A stretch of 63,169 nucleotides of DNA, filler included, from Octopus bimaculoides (Eukaryota), in NCBI RefSeq assembly GCF_001194135.2. It is 7 parts of 6 records of this genome, joined end to end, with 100 filler letters (N's around TTAATTAATTAA, not from the genome) between each part and the next. Parts side by side here need not be neighbours in the genome. Positions count along the whole stretch, not along the records: positions 52,188 to 56,867 come from NC_069005.1; positions 56,968 to 60,811 come from NC_068985.1; positions 60,912 to 63,169 come from NW_026332484.1; 4 more parts are not named here. One strand, written 5' to 3'. The position numbers and the translations under genes were made by a program. Of the stretch, positions 54,136 through 63,169 are shown piece after piece. The notes beneath the pieces are model-generated. The model did not search any database. It saw only the letters and a program-made list of their open reading frames with translations, and had not been told where the DNA came from. Each line of letters begins with the position of its first letter. Within the stretch, counting starts at the first letter, position 1.

Positions 54136-54169
<34 letters not shown>

Positions 54170-54756
54170 CACACATACACACACCTTATACACACCGACA
54201 AGTACATTGTATTAATATATAGACCAACATATTAATATACAGACAGACAGATCTATCTATCTGTCTGTCCGTCCGTCCGTCCGTCTGTGCGCATTGATAT
54301 ATATGTGTATGCGTATATTTGTGTGTGCGTGCGCTATAAAAATCTAATTAGCCAGTTAGGAATGTTTGGAAATCATTCATTTGACAGTTCACACGTATCT
54401 AATTGCAACAAAACATTTAAATGAACATCCATTCTCCCCGCCTCAGTCCATTCCCCCCATCTATCTATTTACCCATCTATCAAGTTCTCTGTGTGTCTAC
54501 AGATGGGGGTATAATCCTCTGCTGAAGAAGGGAGTGCCCGCTAGACACTGATGCACGTAGGCCAAATGTATGGCTTTAACCCCACCCAAATAAAACCAGA
54601 AGCGCTTCATGTTCCAACTTATGTATGTATGTATGCATCTATGTATGTATGTATGTATGTATGTATGTATGTATGTATTATGCATGCATACAGTATTAGA
54701 AACATATATGATTTGATCCCGTGGAAAAACCTCCCTTACATTGTCCCGTCTTGACA

Positions 54757-54798
<42 letters not shown>

Positions 54799-55679
54799 NN
54801 NNNNNNNNNNNNNNNNNNNNNNNNNNNNNNNNNNNNNNNNNNNNNNNNNNNNNNNNNNNNNNNNNNNNNNNNNNNNNNNNNNNNNNNNNNNNNNNNNNNN
54901 NNNNNNNNNNNNNNNNNNNNNNNNNNNNNNNNNNNNNNNNNNNNNNNNNNNNNNNNNNNNNNNNNNNNNNNNNNNNNNNNNNNNNNNNNNNNNNNNNNNN
55001 NNNNNNNNNNNNNNNNNNNNNNNNNNNNNNNNNNNNNNNNNNNNNNNNNNNNNNNNNNNNNNNNNNNNNNNNNNNNNNNNNNNNNNNNNNNNNNNNNNNN
55101 NNNNNNNNNNNNNNNNNNNNNNNNNNNNNNNNNNNNNNNNNNNNNNNNNNNNNNNNNNNNNNNNNNNNNNNNNNNNNNNNNNNNNNNNNNNNNNNNNNNN
55201 NNNNNNNNNNNNNNNNNNNNNNNNNNNNNNNNNNNNNNNNNNNNNNNNNNNNNNNNNNNNNNNNNNNNNNNNNNNNNNNNNNNNNNNNNNNNNNNNNNNN
55301 NNNNNNNNNNNNNNNNNNNNNNNNNNNNNNNNNNNNNNNNNNNNNNNNNNNNNNNNNNNNNNNNNNNNNNNNNNNNNNNNNNNNNNNNNNNNNNNNNNNN
55401 NTATATATATATACATATACATATACATATACTTAATCACTTATTACGTATTCCCGTCATTCTCCGTTTTTTTGTCTGTTTTGTTAGTTTATTGTTATTG
55501 TTGCTGATTGTCAAAAAAACAAAAAAAACAAAAGAAAAACAATTATCTGGAAACATTCCTAACTGGGTGCCTACTTAAGTAATTTTTGCCGAGCTAATTA
55601 ACGTCCAATTAACGTTAAATATGTCTATGTGTGCCTGCGCGTGTGTATTTGGGAGTTATAGATTCCACGTTGTTGTTGT

Positions 55680-55710
<31 letters not shown>

Positions 55711-56479
55711 GTTGTTACTATGTAACTCCATCCCCGTGTCCACTCCCTCAGTCAGTCTTCGATATAAAAAATTCCTACAGAACATACGGAGAACCCTAGA
55801 AATGTAGGCTGACCCGTTGTATAGAAGGTTTCTGAGAATTTATATTTTTCTCTCTCCTTCAAAAAAAGGGAGGGGCCTGTCCCTACCACAACATCCACTT
55901 CTTCCCAGCCATACAAACATCCTTCTCAGATCCCTCCCTGTTGAGTGGTGGTCTTAATCCGTCTCCCGCTCAACAATTCTCTTTTGTCCTTGTGTACTCT
56001 TAGTGCGCTTTACTCCGTTCATTCGTATTGGTCAGGTTTTCTGTTTGTAGAGACCTCCATCTCTCTCTTCCTTCCATTCATCACAGAGATCCTGGAAAAA
56101 AGAGCCAAGGGCTCAGCCCTTCTCTTGATTAAGGCCTCTGCCTAAAACTTCGATATCACCTTGGTCCTTGGGTGTCCTTAATGAAGTTTACGCCGTTGAA
56201 TCATTCCGTGCAGAGTTCCAGTTTGTAGAGATCTACATCTCCCTCTTCCTTCCTTCCACTCATCCCGGAATCCCCGGAAAAAAGGGCGAGGGGCAATGCC
56301 CTTCTTCGCCTGACTAAGGGCTACTCTCAAAATACCAATATACCCAAGTCCTTCGGTGTCCTTGGGTGTCCTTGGGTGTCTCCGAGTACAGATTACTCTG
56401 TTGAACCATTCAGGCCTTGTTTCCAATTTGGGGAGAAAATACTCTTTCTTTTTCTTCTGCTCGTCATGGTAACGCTGAA

Positions 56480-56765
56480 AAAAAAAATTAAGGGTGAGAA
56501 AGACAGAGAGACTGACAGACTGACGGACTGACATATAGACAGAGAGAGACTGACAGAGACTGACAGAGATTGACAGAGACTGACAGAGATTGACACTCTG
56601 ACAGACTGGCGAACTGACAGGCTGACAGACAAATGGAGAAACAGAAAGACTGACAGACAGACAAAAGGATAGACAGACCGACTGACTGACTGACTGACTG
56701 ACAAACAGACCGACAGTCAGACAAGGGAGACAGACTGAGAGCTTGACAGATTGATAGAGAAACTG
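56480..56765. repeat. Degenerate (gactgacaga)n / (GACA)n array
   Basis: Directly visible. Confidence 0.85.
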
Positions 56766-56967
56766 AGACGGAGGTGACAAATGCTTGCCAGGAAGACAGT
56801 CGGGGCCAATGTTCAAGTGCCTGAAGCAGCAGGGACCAGGAGGTGTAGGGGGGAGGGGGGGCTGTATNNNNNNNNNNNNNNNNNNNNNNNNNNNNNNNNN
56901 NNNNNNNNNNNTTAATTAATTAANNNNNNNNNNNNNNNNNNNNNNNNNNNNNNNNNNNNNNNNNNNN

Positions 56968-57153
56968 GTGCGGGTGACACGTAAAAGCACCCACTACACT
57001 CTCTGAGTGGTTGGCGTTAGGAAGGGCATCCAGCTGTAGAAACTCTGCCAAATCAGACTGGAGCCTGGTGTTGCCATCCGGTTTCACCAGTCCTCAGTCA
57101 AATCGTCCAACCCATGCTAGCATGGAAAGCGGACGTTAAACGATGATGATGAT
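56968..57153 (+). mobile_element. Retroposon family D, 3' part
   Basis: Matches 3411-3734. Confidence 0.8.
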
Positions 57154-57164
57154 ATATACATACA

Positions 57165-57330
57165 TGTATACGACGGGCTTCTTTCAGTTTCCGTCTACTG
57201 AATCCACTCACAAGGCTTTGGTCGGCCTGAGGCTATAGTAGAAGACACTTGCCCAAAGTGCCACGCAGTGGGACTGAACCCTGAACCATGTGGTTCATAC
57301 ACAAGCTACTTACCACGCAGCCACTCCTAC
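57165..57330 (-). mobile_element. SINE family B, 5' half
   Basis: Reverse complement of the 44229 head region. Confidence 0.8.
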
Positions 57331-57500
57331 ACCTATGTGTAAGTTTTATTGTAAAATACAGTTGTTTGAATTTGTTGCAGATAGTGGTTTGCATTTGTGG
57401 TGGCAAACAGGAGTGAGAGAGCTAGGGTGTCAAGGGGCAGCAGCCAGAAAAAGTTTAGGAACCACTGATCTGTACCTCCAAAACTGTATTAGGCTGGTAC

Positions 57501-57728
57501 TTAACCCTTTAGTGTTCAGATTACTCTGTTAAAAGTAATACTTTTCCATTCAAATTGTTTTGAATTAATCATGCATTATGTTATAGCTTTGAGGTTTCAA
57601 TGATATGATTGTTTATTTTTAGAATGTCGCTGTAGGTAAGGTGTGAGAGGCTAGATATGGCCAGTTTGAATATAAAACATGTAGAATATTTGGGCTGGAT
57701 ATGGCCGGTTTAAACACTAAAGGGTTAA
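57501..57728. mobile_element. piggyBac-type MITE family F, intact, TTAA TSDs
   Basis: TTAA-ccctttagtgtt ... aacactaaaggg-TTAA, perfect 12-bp TIR. Confidence 0.9.
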
Positions 57729-58149
57729 ATTTACCCTCCTCCGAGGAATAAAAGACAAAAGGTTGGCTCGGTGGGATTTGAAATCAGAACGAAAAGAGGT
57801 GGAACTAATACAACAAGGTACCCTTCCGACACCTTAATGATACTGTCAGCCTGCCACCTTTCATTCTGGTCATAACAACATGCTTCAACGGCTCCATCTC
57901 AACTCAATAATTCTAAATTGTGAGAAATGTGGGTGACATCTTAACAGGGAGATAACTCTCACAATAGTTCACCGTCATCATGACGAAATGGAATCAATTT
58001 TTAGTTGATTTGAACTTAGAAACGTTAAAAGTGTAAGTAATCTAACTGAACAAATTGGTTTTTTCAATGTTATGATTGACACGTTAATGCAAGGGAAGTA
58101 ACTCTCAAAGCATAACGAGGAGATATTTGATAGCATCTCTCTCTCTCTC

Positions 58150-58345
58150 TCTTTTACTTGTTTCACTCATTTGACTGCGGCCATGCTGGAGCACCGCCTT
58201 TAGCCGAATCAAATCGACCCCAGGACTTATTCTTTGTAAGCCTAGTACTTATTCTATCGGTCTCTTTGGCCGAACCGCTAAGTTACGGGTACCTAAACAC
58301 ACCAGCATCGGTTATCAAGCGATGTTGGGGGGACAAACACAGACA
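58150..58345 (-). mobile_element. SINE family B, 3' half, runs into gap
   Basis: Reverse complement of the 44460-44650 tail. Confidence 0.8.
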
Positions 58346-58720
58346 CAAGCATATACACACACATACACACACACNNNNNNNNNNNNNNNNNNNNNNNNNN
58401 NNNNNNNNNNNNNNNNNNNNNNNNNNNNNNNNNNNNNNNNNNNNNNNNNNNNNNNNNNNNNNNNNNNNNNNNNNNNNNNNNNNNNNNNNNNNNNNNNNNN
58501 NNNNNNNNNNNNNNNNNNNNNNNNNNNNNNNNNNNNNNNNNNNNNNNNNNNNNNNNNNNNNNNNNNNNNNNNNNNNNNNNNNNNNNNNNNNNNNNNNNNN
58601 NNNNNNNNNNNNNNNNNNNNNNNNNNNNNNNNNNNNNNNNNNNNNNNNNNNNNNNNNNNNNNNNNNNNNNNNNNNNNNNNNNNNNNNNNNNNNNNNNNNN
58701 NNNNNNATCTATCTATCTAT

Positions 58721-58990
58721 CTACATATCTAAGGTATGAATGCATGCTGATTCTGAGATGCCTTTGATGTATACAACAGAGCAATCCTTCCGGCAAATAA
58801 CATAGTAAATAGTCTTTGCAACTATATCATGCCTCGGGAGCAGGTAGTATCTCGTAGACACTTCGGGACAGCCTTTGATGACGTACGTGGGTGATATCTT
58901 CCACACTGGTATAGTAGAACGGACACTTTCTATCACAGTGTGGAGGTTTGGTGGTATCTTTGTCTCCCCCATTCTTCAACGCCCACAATA
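58721..58990 (-). pseudogene. R4/Dong-type LINE zinc-knuckle relic
   Basis: YVIKGCPEVSTRYYLLPRHDIVAKTIYYVIC matches the H..xGC...RHD.VAK pattern preceding the REL domain. Confidence 0.7.
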
Positions 58991-59232
58991 TCGCATGTCA
59001 AATATGCACTTTCAGTTCATCCATTTTAGCTGAGTGAAACTTGATATTAAACTATGACGTGCACGCTTTCACTGTTTAAATATGAATGACTGACGAGGCT
59101 CGTTTAAAAACGGTAGCTTCCATTTCAATTAAAACCACAGAAGTTCGAAATGCATCGTTACAATTCATCTCCAAAAAGCGGAAATTATTTATGACTCGAC
59201 CCAATATATATATACATATATAAATCTTATTC

Positions 59233-59528
59233 TTAACCCATTACCTCCCATAATTCTATTAACTGGAATTTTTTTCTGAAACTTTGATTTCTAGCATAAA
59301 ACAGCCGTAGAAACACGCTGGAATGATCAAAATAACATTTCAAAATAACATTAAATAGAAATAAGCGAGATATTGGATGAAAAATTAGCAAACCTCATTT
59401 GAATATCAGAGAAATATACCTAGTAGATATAGCAAAAGGGTTAGATATGTGTAAATATTGACAGATAATTACGAAATTTGTAATTTTTAAGTGATCTCAT
59501 ATGAGATCACTGGTAGGTAATGGGTTAA
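59233..59528. mobile_element. Second piggyBac-type MITE, TTAA TSDs
   Basis: TTAA-cccattacctccca ... tggtaggtaatggg-TTAA (14-bp TIR, 1 mismatch). Confidence 0.85.
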
Positions 59529-60533
59529 ACAAGAATATTGTTAACAGTAACTTTGAAGTTTTGAGCAGCAGTCGCACGAGGGCTTAGCTGGCCGAAACTT
59601 CGAAGCCACTGACACTAATATTCTTGTTAACGATTAATAAATTTGTACTCTAGAAAAGTATAAGGCAACCCATCAGATTGATGTAAAACTTTTTTCATTA
59701 TAACTGAACACAAAACGAACATTATATATATATATATATTATCGGTTTATTTTATCAAATTAATATATTTCTACATCATAGCAATCCTAATGTGGTAGAT
59801 TATTTTACATTAAATCAAGATACAAACTCGTTCTTGTCTCTCACATTTTAAAACATCTTTTCCAACGTCCAGTGGTGGTTTTGTACTTGACTTTATGAAA
59901 AGCAGTTACTTTATTAGACAAAACTATCTGGTTCAGTGAATGTCTAGTACAGTGTAAGTCTTTTACATAATCACCTGAAATAGCAACGTATTAACAAATT
60001 AATAATATATCTTCATTAGATAGCGAATCTTGGAATCAATTTATTTTAACTATCATACATCCCTTTAATATACTTTTGAAGATTAAATTAACGTAGAAAA
60101 TATTATAGATATTTATGTAAATTTTCATATAATTGTAGTTATAGATAAAGAGTCAACCTGAAAAAATACCAAAAAAGAATTTTTAATTCTCTTTTGACTG
60201 TTTTCCACGCGTCTTGTATGTGTATCAAATTTAGTTTTTTCGTTTTAAAATGTGAAACAGTTTTATTCACTCACTAAAAAATATTTTGTAAAAATGGCTA
60301 GAAAACATGTCTTTATGTTTCAAAATTAACTTGTTTTATGACATTTTATACCTTTTGATGTGAAGCTTATCAATTTTCAGGTAGAATTTGTTCTGCAAAA
60401 AAATTCCTACAGGAAGTTCATTGCAACCATAACAGAAGACGTAAATGGTCAATAAGTGACTATCCCAAAGGTCACTAAAAAATGGTTGTGTGTTGCTCTA
60501 TACAACTGATGTCTAATATGTCTGTTGAAATTA

Positions 60534-60730
60534 AGGCGGCGAGCTGGTAGAATCGTTAGCGGCATTTCATCCGTCTTTACGTTCTGAGTTCAAATTCCAC
60601 CGAGGTCGACTTTGCCTTTCATCCTCTCGGGGTCGATAAAATCAATACCAGTTGAGCATTGAGATCGATGTAATCGACTTAGCCCGTCCTCTGAAATTGC
60701 CGGCCCTGTTCCAAAATATGAAGCTAATAT
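60534..60730 (+). mobile_element. SINE family C
   Basis: aaggcggcgagctggtagaatcgttagc...gtcgactttgcctttcatcc. Confidence 0.8.
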
Positions 60731-62257
60731 TTCAATTGAAATTAAGGCGGTGAGGTGGCGAATTCATAACCGCACCGGAAAAATATACTTTGCGGCATTT
60801 CTTTCGATTTGNNNNNNNNNNNNNNNNNNNNNNNNNNNNNNNNNNNNNNNNNNNNTTAATTAATTAANNNNNNNNNNNNNNNNNNNNNNNNNNNNNNNNN
60901 NNNNNNNNNNNCTGCACAAATGATTTGTTTATAGTGATCAAATGTATGTGCTGTACATTAGTTCATTCTCTCTATCAAATCGACGCTGCCTGACAAAGGT
61001 GCATGGTGTACCACATGTCAGGTGTCGAAGTGATCACAGAGTAACGTGAGATGAAATGCTTTGCTCAAGAACACAACACACCACCCAGTTTAGGAAATGA
61101 AACCAGGATCTTGCGATCGTGAGTGTAACACCCTAAGCACTAGGTCATGTATACTACTACTACTACTATTACTACTACTGTGATGACGGCGACTGCTGTT
61201 GCTGCTATGCCATCTAATAAAATACTGGAAGTTTTAAGCTAATAAGGATGAGCTATGTGATAGCTTGAGCAGCAAGAAATAGCACCAGATTTCCCTCAAA
61301 TTACATTCTACTGCCATAATAATTAGATAACAAGGGTCTCTGTTACACTTTTTCTTGCTCTTAGCTGGAATGCCCGTGGCTGTGGATCAGCTGGATTAAG
61401 ATTGATATGATTCTGAATAACAGTATTCTTTTCTAATGTAGACAATAGATCATGGTCTAAAATTTTCCAGGGAAGGGCTTAGTCAATCAAAACTCACCCC
61501 AGAACATGACTGGTGCCTTTACTTTATCAACCTGAAAGAATGAGAGGCAAAGTTGACCTCAGTGAGATTTGAAACTAGAACATGAAAAGCTGTAACTACA
61601 CACCACAAGCCATTTTTTCTCATGCTTTAATGATTCTTCCATTCTACTACACTTTAGACAATAACAATAATAACAGTTTTTAATTTTGGCATAAGGCCAC
61701 CAATTTTGAAGGAGGGGTTAAGTTAATTACATCAACACCTAGTGTTTTACAGGTACCNNNNNNNNNNNNNNNNNNNNNNNNNNNNNNNNNNNNNNNNNNN
61801 NNNNNNNNNNNNNNNNNNNNNNNNNNNNNNNNNNNNNNNNNNNNNNNNNNNNNNNNNNNNNNNNNNNNNNNNNNNNNNNNNNNNNNNNNNNNNNNNNNNN
61901 NNNNNNNNNNNNNNNNNNNNNNNNNNNNNNNNNNNNNNNNNNNNNNNNNNNNNNNNNNNNNNNNNNNNNNNNNNNNNNNNNNNNNNNNNNNNNNNNNNNN
62001 NNNNNNNNNNNNNNNNNNNNNNNNNNNNNNNNNNNNNNNNNNNNNNNNNNNNNNNNNNNNNNNNNNNNNNNNNNNNNNNNNNNNNNNNNNNNNNNNNNNN
62101 NNNNNNNNNNNNNNNNNNNNNNNNNNNNNNNNNNNNNNNNNNNNNNNNNNNNNNNNNNNNNNNNNNNNNNNNNNNNNNNNNNNNNNNNNNNNNNNNNNNN
62201 NNNNNNNNNNNNNNNNNNNNNNNNNNNNNNNNNNNNNNNNNNNNNNNNNNNNNNNNN

Positions 62258-62312
<55 letters not shown>

Positions 62313-62760
62313 TATATATGTATATAAATGATGGATTTCCACACAGTATTTGCTGACCAGAATCACTCACAAGGCATTGGTAGCCCAGAGCATTAGGAGA
62401 AGACGCTTGCCTAAGGTGTTGTGCAATGGAACTGAACCTGAAGCAATGTGGTTGCAAAATGATCTTCTTAACCACACAGTCATGTCTATGTCTATATTAG
62501 TATTCAACCAAAACTTTTATTTTGCTGACCCTAGAATGATAAACGGCAAAGTTGATACACCACTTCCATTCTCAGACATATGAAATTGTTATACACAATT
62601 GGTATGGAGCTGACATGAGTCATCAACGGAGGTTTATAAACCATAAAAATTCACTCAGTCACTGCCTACAAGGATATTGTAGTGGATGAAGAAGTTGGTT
62701 AGTGCAGTCCCAAGAGGTTCTGAGTTTAGTCCCTGGCAAGGTACTAAGGTGGATCACAAG

Positions 62761-62801
62761 ATACCTGAAGAAGGCTGGAGCACACAGCTGAAACATAGAG
62801 A
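62761..62801 (+). ncRNA. Degenerate hammerhead motif, same family as 27406-27449
   Basis: atac CUGAAGA a ggcug gagcaca cagcu GAA ACAU A gaga, followed by the same caagatgagga...ttcctcatctc hairpin. Confidence 0.55.
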
Positions 62802-63014
62802 AAGCAACAATCAAGATGAGGATGCTACTCTGACTAATGTCAACTGAATAAAAGGAATTCCTCATCTCAGAAATATAGAATTGTATTAGGGCAAAGTTGG
62901 TGTTGAGACAATTTGAACTCAGAACATAAAAGACTTGCACGTATGTTGTCTGATGTTCTAAGAATTCTGCCAATCTCCTTGTAAGGTTCCTTCCAAAGTC
63001 ATATAGACTCATAA

Positions 63015-63169
63015 GACCAGTTTTCTAGTATTTATGGCACAAATATTCTCCACATGGATGGGATGTCAGTCCATTGCAGGATTACTCATTTATGCCAGCT
63101 GAGTAGAACTAGAGCAACATGAAATGAAGTGTTTTGCTCAAGAACACAACATGTCATCTGGTCCAGGAA
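63015..63169 (-). mobile_element. SINE family E, runs off the window end
   Basis: ccagctgagtagaactagagcaacatgaaatgaagtgttttgctcaagaacacaac. Confidence 0.7.

Noticed and set aside
54515-54550. CUGAAGAA-ggg/ccc motif
   Set aside because: The GAAA half of the core is absent (gcua).
59085-59630. Partial hammerhead-like strings (ctgacgagg...gaaatgcatc; cacgagggc...gccgaaacttcgaag)
   Set aside because: The core or stems have too many mismatches to distinguish from chance.
27691-60867. Exact TTAATTAATTAA islands in N runs (27691, 39096, 43390, 52132, 56912, 60856)
   Set aside because: An identical 12-mer centred in 100-base gaps, with stops in all six frames: an artificial scaffolding spacer, not biology.
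349-63012. Most ORFs in the supplied track (poly-I/N/Y/HT/CV/X proteins)
   Set aside because: They are translations of microsatellites or N gaps, with no domain content.

Overview
Eukaryotic, AT-rich, microsatellite-saturated scaffold with many N gaps, six of them carrying an artificial TTAATTAATTAA spacer. The repeat families and (TA/CA/TACA/AAT)n load look most like an octopus (coleoid cephalopod) genome; this is inferred from repeat style, not proven. I cannot support any intact host gene, rRNA, real tRNA gene or CRISPR array. Almost all ORFs in the supplied track are microsatellite or gap read-throughs. The window is an intergenic or intronic transposon graveyard. It holds at least five SINE families, mariner, piggyBac-type and other MITEs, and degenerate coding relics of mariner, RTE, R4/Dong, L1/Tx1, Penelope-like (RT and GIY-YIG) and possibly Gypsy elements. 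The most interesting signal is a set of five hammerhead-ribozyme motifs of the minimal Penelope-type architecture (CUGANGA, stem II, GAA, palindromic stem III). They belong to about four different repeat families. One has a hugely extended stem II, and one sits directly behind a tRNA-like Pol III head (possible SINE/retrozyme hybrid). Other notable items are a 5'-inverted (twin-primed) RTE insertion, several foldback or inverted duplications, and one unexplained 69-codon open frame.
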